Part shown: positions 1 through 9,121 of the stretch, piece by piece
How positions within the stretch are numbered: the stretch's first letter is position 1
Layout of the letters: every line of letters begins with the position of its first letter
Source of the DNA: a bacterium
GTDB lineage: Bacteria > Patescibacteriota > Minisyncoccia > Phycocordibacterales > UBA918
NCBI GenBank assembly: GCA_043728975.1
Contig: JAYTMA010000027.1
Location: 1 to 38,465 of the forward strand
DNA: 38,465 nucleotides
Direction of reading: 5' to 3'
Made by a program: the position numbers and the translations under genes
The notes under the pieces: model-generated
Told to the model about the DNA's origin: nothing
Database searches by the model: none
The model's input: only the letters and a program-made list of their open reading frames with translations

Positions 1-1049
1 TCTTTTTCTTTTTCGTCAGAAATCCGACTGATAAAAAATTCATGTTTAAATTTATCCGCCACAGAAAATAAAAGGACACAGCGGGCCGGGAGTCCGTCGC
101 GCCCGGCTCGGCCAGTTTCTTGATAGTATCCCTCAACAGATTTGGGGAGACTATGATGAATTACCAGACGGACATCTGGTTTATCAATACCCATCCCAAA
201 AGCAATAGTAGCAACCATTATATGTATTTCGTCGCGAATAAAACGGTCTTGGTTTTCGCTTCGTTTTTGCGTTGTTAGTCCGGCGTGGTAGGCGGCGGCG
301 TTAAGTCCGTGTTGCTGTAGTTTCTCCACTAATTGTTCTGTGTCCTTGCGCGAAAAGCAGTAAATGATAGCGCTTTGATTTGGTATGGTACTAAGGAGAG
401 TCAGGATAGTTGTGAGGGAGTCTTTTTTTGGTAAGACTTCGTAACTCAAATTGGACCGATTAAAACTAGAGATAAAAATGCGTGGCGTGAGCAAGTTTAA
501 TTGTTTGATAATATCAGCGCGGACCTTTTCGGTAGCGGTGGCCGTGAGAGCAATAATGGGAATAGTAGGAAATTTTATACGCAGGTACTTCAGGTTACGA
601 TATTCCGGTCTAAAATCATGACCCCATTCCGAAATACAATGTGCCTCATCAATGGCAAATAGTTGCACTGGAAGGGTATGGAGAAGGGCTTCAAAATCTG
701 CCAAGGCAAGTCGTTCGGGGGCAATATACAGAATTTTAATTTCACCGTTTTTTGCCCGAGTGATGACGTTACTTATTTCGCTCTGCAGGAGACTGCTATT
801 TATCAAGGCCGCACTTACTCCACTGGCCACAAGCTCATCGACCTGATCTTTCATCAAAGAAATGAGCGGGGAAATAACAATAGTTATGCCTGGCAAAATT
901 AGAGCAGGGAGCTGGAAACAGAGAGATTTGCCGCCGCCAGTTGGCATCAGGACGACACAATCGTCTTTGTCTAAGACGCGCTCAATAATTTCTTTTTGGA
1001 GTGGGCGAAACTCATCGTAGCCAAAGTATTGTTTTAAGGTCGTATACAT
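1..1049 (-). CDS. recQ: ATP-dependent DNA helicase RecQ, N-terminal ~349 aa (3' end runs off the window)
   Basis: Not in the ORF track because it is open at the window edge. Reverse-strand translation from the ATG at 1047-1049 gives MYTTLKQYFGYDEFRPLQKEIIERVL..VLMPTGGGKSLCFQLPAL (Walker A), FAIDEAHCISEWGHDFRPEY (DEAH box) and IAFGMGIDKPDVRLVIHHSLPKSVEGYYQETGRAGRDG. The frame stays open to position 1. Confidence 0.85.
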   Translation of the reverse strand, partial: MYTTLKQYFGYDEFRPLQKEIIERVLDKDDCVVLMPTGGGKSLCFQLPALILPGITIVISPLISLMKDQVDELVASGVSAALINSSLLQSEISNVITRAKNGEIKILYIAPERLALADFEALLHTLPVQLFAIDEAHCISEWGHDFRPEYRNLKYLRIKFPTIPIIALTATATEKVRADIIKQLNLLTPRIFISSFNRSNLSYEVLPKKDSLTTILTLLSTIPNQSAIIYCFSRKDTEQLVEKLQQHGLNAAAYHAGLTTQKRSENQDRFIRDEIHIMVATIAFGMGIDKPDVRLVIHHSLPKSVEGYYQETGRAGRDGLPARCVLLFSVADKFKHEFFISRISDEKEK

Positions 1050-1229
1050 ATTAGTTCTAAGGCTGGTGCGTATTATGTCACTGTAGGGAGGAATTTGGAA
1101 TTAAGTGCCGGTGTGACCAGAGTACCACTATTTCAAGCCAAAAGATTAAGCGAGTCTTGCGACCCGCTACCCTACAAAAATAGACGCTCATTTCGAACGT
1201 CTATTTTTTGTCTCTGCTATCTCAGAAAT

Positions 1230-1685
1230 TTACACTCCCCGTTGGCGTAAAAGGGCAACCAACTGATTAAGAAGATTTATGAGCGTCTGCATATTTCTAA
1301 TCTTTTCCACTTCTTCGTCTTCCTCAGTATCGTTTATGTCGTCGTCCACTGCTTCGTCTTTGTCGCTTTCTATCAGCACAACTTTACCTGTCTTTGCATC
1401 AACTTTGATATCAACTTCGTTACCATCTTTTTCTGTGTATTCAATTGCAAAAACGAGTACTCCGTCTTCCATCTCGAGTTCAATATCAGAAAAGGTGCCC
1501 GCGCCGGTATATGCTTCATTGGCAATTCCTAATGCTGTAGATTCCGTGATTTTCGGAGTGCCAATAGTCGGTTCGTCGTCGATATCTGTCGCTGCAAATG
1601 TAGTAGTGAACGATGCCGCAAACATCAAAAGCGACGCAATTACAATCGTGCTCAATGCTACGGTATAGGTTTGTATGGTTTTCAT
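1230..1685 (-). CDS. PepSY domain-containing exported/membrane-anchored protein
   Basis: Track ORF 1230..1712. The internal start MKTIQTYTVALSTIVIASLLMFAA (signal/anchor) at 1685 is preferred. The PepSY-like core is YTEKDGNEVDIKVDAKTGKVVLIE. It lies directly downstream of the HK/RR pair. Confidence 0.6.
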   Translation of the reverse strand: MKTIQTYTVALSTIVIASLLMFAASFTTTFAATDIDDEPTIGTPKITESTALGIANEAYTGAGTFSDIELEMEDGVLVFAIEYTEKDGNEVDIKVDAKTGKVVLIESDKDEAVDDDINDTEEDEEVEKIRNMQTLINLLNQLVALLRQRGV

Positions 1686-1793
1686 AAAGTTATTTTTATA
1701 ATTAATAATCATGTAGAATAAGGTGCTAGCTATTCACCTTATAGTCATAATTATAAAGAATTAACCTGAATAGAGCCTGAAGCATTTTGGGTC

Positions 1794-2894
1794 TTATTTA
1801 AACGCAATGGAAAAAGTTGAACCTTTTCCTACCGCACTTTTGACATCCATTGTGGCTCCATAAACATCTGCAATTTCTTTTATGAGTGCCAGTCCCAAAC
1901 CGCTTCCGCCGCCTCCACGCGCAGTGTCTACTTTGTAGAACCGGTCGAAGATATTCGAGATATGCTCCACGGAGATACCAATGCCAGTATCGGACACTGA
2001 AAGTTTTTTGTTTGTCCACGACACGGTAATTGCGCTGCCGGTATTACTGAACTTAATCGCGTTGTGGAGTAAGTTATATAGAATGGTTTCTAAGTCGTAG
2101 ATATCAATATGTAATACTTCTCTCTCTATTTCCGTTGCTACGCTAATGTTTTTTTCTTTCAGAAGCGGTTGAAGACGCTCAATAGTTCGCATAAGGACAG
2201 AGTGAACTGACTGAATTTCTACTCGTTTCTTTTTTTGTTCTCCACGTTCAAGTGCCAGCAACGCTTCGCTCACAGAAATAAGACGCTTAGTTTCACCGAG
2301 CAGATCATCGAGCACTTCTTTTTTTGATTCGCGGCCGCCAACCAGGAGTGCGGATTCGATTCGGGCATGAAGCGCAGCAAGTGGATTTCGTAATTCGTGT
2401 GCAGCGTCAGAGATAAATTGTTTTTGTTTCTTCATATTACGAGCAATCGGTGCAAGAGTTTTGTTTGCAACATATATAGAGGCGAGCGCGGCCAGAAGAA
2501 AGACCACCAGCGCAATCCAGCCGACTATTTCTTCAAAATCATCCGTGAGTGTTTCGACAAACCCGCTCTCATCTTCGGGAACATGCGCTTCCCCGTTCAT
2601 TAAATTAACCTTAACTTCGCTGTCATCTGCAAAAGAAACCGTAAAATACAATTCATTACGTTCAATTTCGTATTCTGATTCTTCAAATACAGCACCTGGT
2701 CGTATTGTTTCTGCGATGAAACGCGCTTCGTGCGCGCCGATTACAATTTCCGCATCGGTTTTTACAACCGGGTCCGAAAAAGAATCGTGTGTTTGGTACA
2801 CGACGAGGGAAGAAAAAAGTACAATGACACTGCCTACGATGAGAAGGTAGGTAGTAATTAATGAGCGGCGGGCTGTAGTAAAGTCGTTATTCAT
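1794..2894 (-). CDS. Sensor histidine kinase (HisKA + HATPase_c)
   Basis: H-box AAHELRNPLAAL, N-box LLHNAIKF, G-boxes VSDTGIGI and GGSGLGLAL, and two TM segments. The start MNNDF at 2892-2894 overlaps the regulator stop by 8 nt, so the track start at 2942 is probably too long. Confidence 0.85.
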   Translation of the reverse strand: MNNDFTTARRSLITTYLLIVGSVIVLFSSLVVYQTHDSFSDPVVKTDAEIVIGAHEARFIAETIRPGAVFEESEYEIERNELYFTVSFADDSEVKVNLMNGEAHVPEDESGFVETLTDDFEEIVGWIALVVFLLAALASIYVANKTLAPIARNMKKQKQFISDAAHELRNPLAALHARIESALLVGGRESKKEVLDDLLGETKRLISVSEALLALERGEQKKKRVEIQSVHSVLMRTIERLQPLLKEKNISVATEIEREVLHIDIYDLETILYNLLHNAIKFSNTGSAITVSWTNKKLSVSDTGIGISVEHISNIFDRFYKVDTARGGGGSGLGLALIKEIADVYGATMDVKSAVGKGSTFSIAFK

Positions 2895-3564
2895 AGTCAA
2901 AGCGATAGCCAGAATTGCGCAGTGTCGTGAGCGGCAGTTCAAACTCTGTTCGTAATTTTTTTCGTAAATTTTTTATGTGAACCTCAATCGTGTTGCTCAA
3001 TTGGACTTCTGCAAAATCAAACACGTGATCGTAAAGCTGTTGCTGAGTGAGAAGAGTATTCGGATGATGTACAAAATATTCGAGAAGCGCAAACTCTTTT
3101 GCCGTGAGATGCACCTCAATACCTTTTTTAAATACCCTATGTGCGTGGGCGTCAAGTGTTATGTCAGGTGTGATATGCATCTCGAACGCAACAATTTCGG
3201 GCTGGCGCCGAAGCAGTGAACGGAGGCGAGCAAGGAGTTCGTCAAACAAGAAAGGTTTCTTAAGGTAGTCGTCAGCGCCGCAGTCGAGACCTTCCACGGT
3301 GTCTTCGGGGGCAGTTTTTGAGGTTAGGATAAGTATCGGTACTTTGATGTTTTTGTCTCGTAGTTCTCGGCAGATTTCAAATCCGTTCATCTCCGGCAGC
3401 AGCACGTCGAGAATTACGAGGTCATACGAAAGCTGATTGTTCAAAAGCCAGGCATGAGCAGTGCCACCATTATCAAAAAACGTCGTAGTGTACCCTTCAC
3501 GGAGCAGTACAACATTAATCGATTTTGCCAATACGGTATTGTCCTCAACTAGTACAATATGCAT
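2887..3564 (-). CDS. OmpR/PhoB-family response regulator (REC + winged-helix)
   Basis: MHIVLVEDN..DLVILDVLLPEMNG..LILTSK receiver motifs. The C-terminal end (LTAKEFALLEYF...TLRNSGYRF) is a Trans_reg_C-type domain. Confidence 0.9.
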   Translation of the reverse strand: MHIVLVEDNTVLAKSINVVLLREGYTTTFFDNGGTAHAWLLNNQLSYDLVILDVLLPEMNGFEICRELRDKNIKVPILILTSKTAPEDTVEGLDCGADDYLKKPFLFDELLARLRSLLRRQPEIVAFEMHITPDITLDAHAHRVFKKGIEVHLTAKEFALLEYFVHHPNTLLTQQQLYDHVFDFAEVQLSNTIEVHIKNLRKKLRTEFELPLTTLRNSGYRFDYE

Positions 3565-3715
3565 GCGTGTAGTATAGCTCTTCCTATGCTGAAGATCAGC
3601 TGAAGTTAAAATTTAAATCGAGAAAGCTGGTGGCGATATAAAGTTGCGGACATTGTTTTTCATACCATAATGGCCGAAGGTGACATCTAAGCATCGGCCA
3701 TAGCACAAGAGATAC

Positions 3716-3747
3716 AAAAAGTGGACACTTTTTGGTGTCCACTTTTT
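3716..3747. terminator. Bidirectional intrinsic terminator
   Basis: AAAAAGTGGACAC-TTTTTG-GTGTCCACTTTTT is a perfect stem flanked by A- and T-runs, just downstream of the minus-strand ORF ending at 3793. Confidence 0.6.
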
Positions 3748-3792
3748 GTGAGATTGGTTTACGTCGGGCGGGTTTTGTTTTAGATCAAACGT

Positions 3793-3945
3793 TTACGCCT
3801 CCTCACCATCTTCATCATCCTCATTCTCTTTTTTATCATCTTCAGTTTCTTCAGGGAGATGTACCTGGGTCACTTCATTTTCGTGAGTAGTCTCGGTCTG
3901 TGTAGCAGCCGGCGTGGTTGGTTCGACTTTTTCGTCTTCAGCCAT
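3793..3945 (-). CDS. Small hyper-acidic hypothetical protein (~50 aa)
   Basis: Track ORF 3793..4005. The internal start MAEDEKVEPTT... at 3945 is preferred. The C-terminus is PEETEDDKKENEDDEDGEEA, followed by a strong terminator. No recognisable family. Confidence 0.35.
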   Translation of the reverse strand: MAEDEKVEPTTPAATQTETTHENEVTQVHLPEETEDDKKENEDDEDGEEA

Positions 3946-4046
3946 ATATTTATTTTTGTTTATGCTACTAAACCGCAGCCTAGTCAGTATACTCCTGTAT
4001 TCCAAAACCAGCTACCACGACGTAACGCCCTTACCCAGTCTCACGA

Positions 4047-4484
4047 TTATTCCGTACCCGTGCAATTAATCACCCACTGAATGCCAAACTGATCGGTGAG
4101 TGAACCATAGTAGTCACCCCAAAACATTTCTTGCATCGGCATCTCAGCCTTTCCACCTTCAGTCAAAACCGCGAAGAGACGATCGGCCTCCCCTCGGGTG
4201 TCGGGATGGAGTGAAATATAAATATTGTTACCCGGCTCTACTTTGAAACCCATGGACTCAGAGGCGTCAGTTCCCATGAGTAACACTCCACCGAGAATTG
4301 GTAATGCCACATGCATAACCAGGTTTTTATCCGCCTCGACTATCTCTGGCATGTCGTCTGTAACAAGCATATCTCCCATTCGAGAAATTCCGCCTTCGAA
4401 CTCACCCCCAAACACCGATTGATAAAACAAGAATGCGTCTTGGGTAGTGCGTGCAAAATTAAGATAGATACCAGTGGTTGCCAT
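4047..4484 (-). CDS. VOC/glyoxalase-fold family protein (PhnB/YjdN-like)
   Basis: The pattern MATTGIYLNFARTTQDAFLFYQSVFGGEF...MFWGDYYGSLTDQFGIQWVIN is typical of the PhnB-like VOC family. Confidence 0.7.
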   Translation of the reverse strand: MATTGIYLNFARTTQDAFLFYQSVFGGEFEGGISRMGDMLVTDDMPEIVEADKNLVMHVALPILGGVLLMGTDASESMGFKVEPGNNIYISLHPDTRGEADRLFAVLTEGGKAEMPMQEMFWGDYYGSLTDQFGIQWVINCTGTE

Positions 4485-4550
4485 ATAAAAATAATTACCT
4501 AATTAATGTTCTTCCGCTATGATAATCCTCTCACCAGTCCCGTCAAGAAC

Positions 4551-4584
4551 AAAAAAGCCCCGAACGGAGTTCGGGGCTTTTTTT
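4551..4584 (-). terminator. Intrinsic terminator downstream of rpsT
   Basis: AAAAAAGCCCCGAAC-GGA-GTTCGGGGCTTTTTTT lies immediately after the rpsT stop at 4592. Confidence 0.7.
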
Positions 4585-4591
4585 GGGGTAG

Positions 4592-4855
4592 TTACTTGAC
4601 CGCTTTAACCTTGGCCGTGAGGCGAGACTTCTTGCGCGCGGCGGTGTTATCCTTGATAACTCCACGCTTAGCAGCCTTATCGATAGCCTGGTAGGCCTTC
4701 GGCAAAAGCTCCTTGGCTTTGGCAGCATCACCGGCGGTGATGGCTTTGTTTACACTCTTTACGACATCACTCATCACGTTCTTACGACGAATATTAAAAA
4801 TACGTTTTTTTTCTGATTGACGGTTTGCTTTTTCAGCTCCTTTTGTTATCGGCAT
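4592..4855 (-). CDS. rpsT: 30S ribosomal protein S20
   Basis: An 87-aa basic protein with KKRIFNIRRKN...AYQAIDKAAKRGVIKDNTAARKKSRL, the S20 signature architecture. Confidence 0.9.
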   Translation of the reverse strand: MPITKGAEKANRQSEKKRIFNIRRKNVMSDVVKSVNKAITAGDAAKAKELLPKAYQAIDKAAKRGVIKDNTAARKKSRLTAKVKAVK

Positions 4856-4953
4856 ATGATTTATTTAGTGGCAATACTATATGTCATAGTGGTTGAAAAA
4901 GCAAGGCCAGTTTTTTCTTTCCCTTGACTGTTGTACAATGAGCTAACTTAAAT

Positions 4954-5541
4954 ATGATTAGATTTATAGAAGGCACGCTGCAAAAGCAACGAGATTTAGA
5001 CTTAGTGGTCTTGGTCTATGGTATTGGTTACCTAGTGAGAAGTAATACTAATCGACATAGTTATGTGGTCGGTGAAACTATTAAACTCCATACGCATTTA
5101 GCGGTACGCGAGAATGCCCTTGATTTATATGGTTTCTCTGAGGAAAATGAACTAACCTACTTTGAACTTCTTTTAACCATTCCTAAAATCGGACCAAAGT
5201 CTGCTCTCCAGATACTTTGTCAGGCCGATCCAGACCTTTTAGCCACCGCTATCCTGCTCCAGGATGCTGACCACCTCCATAAAGTTGCCGGTATTGGTAA
5301 AAAGACCGCCAGTAACATAGTGACTCATTTAGCCGGAAAAATCGACCCGCTAACCACTCCAAATATAAACAGTATCACCCCGATAGATAATCTCTCTAGC
5401 GCGCAGATCGATGCTATCGACGCCCTCACTACCCTTGGTTACGAACAAAAAGAAGCCCGGGTTTACGTAACAAACATGGACCCCGGCCTAGACGCCAAAA
5501 CCTTGATTCAGTCGGTCCTCAAGCAAGGACCTAAATTCTAA
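4954..5541 (+). CDS. ruvA: Holliday junction branch migration complex subunit RuvA
   Basis: MIRFIEGTL...YGF..E...F..L..I.GIGPK.AL (HhH motifs IPKIGPKSALQIL and VAGIGKKTASNIV) plus a C-terminal domain III (ALTTLGYEQKEA). Confidence 0.85.
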   Translation: MIRFIEGTLQKQRDLDLVVLVYGIGYLVRSNTNRHSYVVGETIKLHTHLAVRENALDLYGFSEENELTYFELLLTIPKIGPKSALQILCQADPDLLATAILLQDADHLHKVAGIGKKTASNIVTHLAGKIDPLTTPNINSITPIDNLSSAQIDAIDALTTLGYEQKEARVYVTNMDPGLDAKTLIQSVLKQGPKF

Positions 5542-5597
5542 CCGGAGCACTCTTATTGTATTTTGGCAAAAACGGATAATGTCCGTATACTTAGCTT

Positions 5598-6881
5598 ATG
5601 TTTGCAAAGCTTTTTATAGGTTTAAAGAATCTTTTTCCGCGCTCTGTTTTGGAACTAATCCGACCGCCCTACCACCTAGCTTTGGCTTATGCTGCCAGTA
5701 TTTTATACAAACATCCATCGCGCGAAATTATGGTGATTGCGGTCACTGGTACCAAAGGAAAATCGACAGTGACTGAACTAATCGCCCGCATTCTAGAAAC
5801 CAACGGACACAAAGTAGCTTCTCTTTCTACTATCCAATTTAAGATTGGGGAAGATAAAAAAAGAAACCTGTACAAGATGACAATGCCCGGACGCTTTTTT
5901 GTGCAGAAATTTTTGCGTGACGCAGTCTCAGCTTCCTGCACCCACGCTGTATTAGAGATGACTTCTGAGGGAGCTAAACAATTCCGCCACCGCTTTATAG
6001 AAATCGATGCTTTAGTTTTCACCAACCTTACCCCCGAACACATTGAATCACACGGCTCCTTTGCTAAGTACAAAGCGGCTAAACTTTCTTTAGCGGCCAA
6101 AGTAGCTGACTCCGGTAAGCAGCCACGTTACTTGGTCTCTAACGTAGATGATGAGCACGGTAGTGATTTTCTAGCTTTTAAAGTCGAGCACAAACTTCCT
6201 TATTCACTCAATGACTTGTCTCTTTACTCCCTACACCGCGATAGCGTCAGTCTGGTTTTTGGCGATATCACAATTCGTGTCCCTTTGGTGGGTCTATTTA
6301 ATGTCTACAATATCCTAGCCGCTATTACTTTAACCCGGGCTCTAGGAGTTTCTTTCCTCACTATCGATAAAGCCCTGCGAAACATTCCCCCGATTGCTGG
6401 TCGCGTCGAAAGATTTTCTACCCCCAGAAACGCTACCAAACAGCTGACTGCCGTAGTTGACTACGCCCACACGCCGGACTCTTTAGAAAAACTGTATCAG
6501 GCTTTTCCTGGTGCTACCAAAATTTGCGTCTTAGGAAACACGGGCGGCGGTCGCGATACTTGGAAAAGACCAGAAATGGGAACTATCGCCAATACCTATT
6601 GTGAGCAAATAATTCTCACCAATGAAGACCCCTACGATGAAGACCCACGTAAAATTTTGGAGGATATGGCTAAGGGAATTGCCGACAAAACTAAACTAGA
6701 GATAATCATGGATCGTCGCCTAGCGATAAGGCGAGCGCTTGAAATTGCCCCGGAAGGAAGTTATGTTCTCATTTCTGGTAAGGGTACCGACCCATACATC
6801 ATGGGACCATTAGGTAGTAAGACTACCTGGAGCGATGCGGAGGTAGTTAAAGAAGAACTAGCTTTGTTTTCTACCAACTAA
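5598..6881 (+). CDS. murE: Mur ligase family protein, MurE-like (UDP-MurNAc-tripeptide synthetase type)
   Basis: P-loop IAVTGTKGKSTV, FTNLTPEHIESHGSF, VDYAHTPDSLEKL and LTNEDPYDEDP, which are MurE-type motifs. It is short (427 aa) and lacks the usual N-terminal domain. Confidence 0.7.
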   Translation: MFAKLFIGLKNLFPRSVLELIRPPYHLALAYAASILYKHPSREIMVIAVTGTKGKSTVTELIARILETNGHKVASLSTIQFKIGEDKKRNLYKMTMPGRFFVQKFLRDAVSASCTHAVLEMTSEGAKQFRHRFIEIDALVFTNLTPEHIESHGSFAKYKAAKLSLAAKVADSGKQPRYLVSNVDDEHGSDFLAFKVEHKLPYSLNDLSLYSLHRDSVSLVFGDITIRVPLVGLFNVYNILAAITLTRALGVSFLTIDKALRNIPPIAGRVERFSTPRNATKQLTAVVDYAHTPDSLEKLYQAFPGATKICVLGNTGGGRDTWKRPEMGTIANTYCEQIILTNEDPYDEDPRKILEDMAKGIADKTKLEIIMDRRLAIRRALEIAPEGSYVLISGKGTDPYIMGPLGSKTTWSDAEVVKEELALFSTN

Positions 6882-8400
6882 CTAGACTAACCGACCAACG
6901 CTCACCCTCGGCCACGGTTTCACTAACATTTTTTTCTCCAGCTACAGTAAATAGTGCCCCACCAACCATATTTCCCGCACTCACGATTGGCACCTGATTC
7001 CACAAGGCATGAATTTTTAGCATGGTATCAAACTGATGCCATAGACTAACCGGTTCATTAAACCAGGCGTGTGAAATCGGGTGAGCAATAAAAGGCAGTT
7101 CTCTCTCCTTCACTAATTTACGGACCCCATAGGGGTCGGCACTAGCAAAACAAAATAAGATACCTGGAATAATTTTAGGTAGTTCCGCTTGAGAACTATA
7201 TGGCCCAGGACGGTACTGTAACTTACTACTAATGTCTCTCACTGCCTTTTCATAACCTAATATATTTAGCGTTTTAATGTAAAAAATTGGCATGAATTCC
7301 CCCTGTGGTACCAAGTATTGTTTATCAGCTGCATACACTGCCTTATTCACCCCATCATAAATAGTAGCCCTTAAAGCTTGCCCACCCTCGATTAGACTAA
7401 ATGGACCGGCTTCCACGATTATGGCCGTAGGATCCGACTGTTGAAACCTAAACCGAGCATAAGCTCCGGAGGGAGAAAGCTCTGAACTAAGGTATCTAGA
7501 GTCCTCAGGCATTACGATATAGTCTGGATTTTGTTTTCTGGCAGCGGCTAGAGCCTTGATTAATTGATTGACTCTATATTCTTCTTTATTATCCAGACTG
7601 AAATACTCTGCTCCGCCAAATCTAGTATCAATTATTGCCACTTTTGTTTCATTTATCTTGACTACACTTTGGGCAGGTGGGTTAAAACTGAAATGGCCAG
7701 TTAGTACTATTACTAAAAGCAGTACCAATCCTCTTCTTTGCGTTCTTTTATCGTAATTATTAATATCAAACCAATACCATATAGCAATTCCAATCGTGAC
7801 AGTTACCATCGTCAGTAGATACACCCCGCCCAAACGAGCTATTTGCAATAACCATTCATGCTCAGCCAACAGATAGCCCAAATAGCCAAAACTAAAAACC
7901 GCGTTTGTCTCCATCCCTTCTCCTAAGGTAAAAAAAGAAAACGAAAAAGATCCCAAAATTTCTGACCCCAACCAGATTAGTGGGCCAGCTATCAGTAGCC
8001 AGACTGGCTTAAAATTTCTAACCATTAACCACATGCAAGCAGCACAAAATATTCCCGCCAACCCCAAGAAGATTGAAGTGGTAAGCCAATAAAAACCAAT
8101 TAATGTTGCCTGGGTTTTTAATTGACCAAGTTCAATCCAGATTATTGGATAAGTCGACCAAAACCAACCAATAGCGAACATCGACTTCCCTGTCCAAGCT
8201 ATAAAGCCACCCAGAGCTGCCTGCCAGATAGTGCTTGCCCGCTTCAATCCAATCAAGTAGAGAATCAGTCCTGGGAAAACTGTCACCCATAGTGGCGGAA
8301 TAATAAAACCGATTCCTAAACAAAAACCACTGCCGAGAAAATAAACGGTTGATGAAAATTGACGACTGAAGTAGTTGATGGTTGTATTTGACTTTGACAT
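6871..8400 (-). CDS. lnt: Apolipoprotein N-acyltransferase-like protein (polytopic N-terminus + CN-hydrolase domain)
   Basis: About 7-8 N-terminal TM helices precede a carbon-nitrogen hydrolase-like domain. Lnt-type triad contexts are IVMPEDSRY (Glu), YAADKQYLVPQGEFMP (Lys, compare DKxHLVPFGEY) and GILFCFASADP (Cys). It overlaps the murE 3' end by 11 nt in convergent orientation. Confidence 0.6.
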   Translation of the reverse strand: MSKSNTTINYFSRQFSSTVYFLGSGFCLGIGFIIPPLWVTVFPGLILYLIGLKRASTIWQAALGGFIAWTGKSMFAIGWFWSTYPIIWIELGQLKTQATLIGFYWLTTSIFLGLAGIFCAACMWLMVRNFKPVWLLIAGPLIWLGSEILGSFSFSFFTLGEGMETNAVFSFGYLGYLLAEHEWLLQIARLGGVYLLTMVTVTIGIAIWYWFDINNYDKRTQRRGLVLLLVIVLTGHFSFNPPAQSVVKINETKVAIIDTRFGGAEYFSLDNKEEYRVNQLIKALAAARKQNPDYIVMPEDSRYLSSELSPSGAYARFRFQQSDPTAIIVEAGPFSLIEGGQALRATIYDGVNKAVYAADKQYLVPQGEFMPIFYIKTLNILGYEKAVRDISSKLQYRPGPYSSQAELPKIIPGILFCFASADPYGVRKLVKERELPFIAHPISHAWFNEPVSLWHQFDTMLKIHALWNQVPIVSAGNMVGGALFTVAGEKNVSETVAEGERWSVSLVSW

Positions 8401-8403
8401 ATA

Positions 8404-8859
8404 TTAGTCATGATAAAGCACTATCCCGGCAGTCACAGAGACGTTGAGCGATTCTTTCTCTCCCAGCATTGGTAACTCTAAAATTTCATCAACCAAATCT
8501 AAAATATCCGCCGTAATCCCTTCTGTTTCACTACCAAAAATAAACGCCGTCTTGGTCTTGATTTGATAATCCGGTAACTTAATTGCTATGAGTGACTGCT
8601 CTACCGCCACCACTACGATTCCCTCTGCTTGTAACTTCAAAATCAAAGCCGGCAAATCATCACTCGCTTCCCAGGGAATTATTGTTTCTGCTCCCAGCGC
8701 TGTTTTGTGAATCTCTGGTACCGTTCGGCCAAAACGATCGGTTGGCGTCGGGGTAAAGCCAGAGAGGTAAACCTTCGCCACTCCCGCCCCATCACAGGTA
8801 CGAAAAATGGCACCAACGTTGTAATGGCTACGGATATTGTGGAGAATGACAATCTTCAT
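8404..8859 (-). CDS. TrmH/SpoU-family RNA 2'-O-methyltransferase
   Basis: 151 aa. The motifs NVGAIFRTCDGAG, FIFGSETEGI and LNVSVTAGIVLY are SPOUT-class. Confidence 0.8.
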   Translation of the reverse strand: MKIVILHNIRSHYNVGAIFRTCDGAGVAKVYLSGFTPTPTDRFGRTVPEIHKTALGAETIIPWEASDDLPALILKLQAEGIVVVAVEQSLIAIKLPDYQIKTKTAFIFGSETEGITADILDLVDEILELPMLGEKESLNVSVTAGIVLYHD

Positions 8860-9017
8860 ACCAAGGTAGACTACCAGAGATTGGGTTCTCCGCCAAAGTT
8901 AGGAACCTAAAAACGAAAGCAAAAAATCACTTTTGATTTGCCTATATAATGTGTTATAGTGCGACCACAAAAAACATGCGTTGCTGGAGTGAGGAATGAG
9001 TAACCATGTAAAAATAT

Positions 9018-9090
9018 GCGCCTATAGCTCAGCCGGTAGAGCAGCTCCCTTTTAAGGAGAAGGTCCCAGGTTCGATCCCTGGTGGGCGCA
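9018..9090 (+). tRNA. tRNA-Lys (anticodon TTT), no encoded CCA
   Basis: The cloverleaf folds by hand: acceptor GCGCCTA/TGGGCGC, D arm GCTC-AGCCGGTA-GAGC, anticodon arm GCTCC-CTTTTAA-GGAGA, variable AGGTC, T arm CCAGG-TTCGATC-CCTGG, discriminator A. Confidence 0.9.
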
Positions 9091-9096
9091 CAAATC

Positions 9097-9120
9097 AAAA
9101 TCAGCCTCAGGGCTGATTTT
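9097..9120 (+). terminator. Hairpin/terminator after tRNA-Lys
   Basis: AAAATCAGCC-TCAG-GGCTGATTTT is a perfect 10-bp stem ending in a T-run. Confidence 0.5.
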
Positions 9121-9121
9121 A

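Noticed and set aside
1279-1668. A 129-aa Ser-rich ORF antisense to the PepSY gene. Similar antisense ORFs lie inside the ABC exporter (10068..10643), pilB (18133..19563), polA (16040..16411), virB4 (36956..37300) and the HK (2461..2850).
   Set aside because: All lie entirely within longer ORFs that carry clear family motifs on the other strand. All have low-complexity or biased composition and no recognisable domains.
3565-3715. Possible riboswitch or leader upstream of the response-regulator operon, with hairpin GGCCGA-16 nt-TCGGCC at ~3672-3699.
   Set aside because: There is a single modest hairpin with no recognisable riboswitch core motifs. This is insufficient evidence from sequence alone.
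8907-9098. A 63-aa minus-strand ORF overlapping tRNA-Lys.
   Set aside because: It covers the tRNA gene, and its translation (..APTRDRTWDLLLKRELLYRLSY..) is the typical artefact of reading a tRNA antisense.
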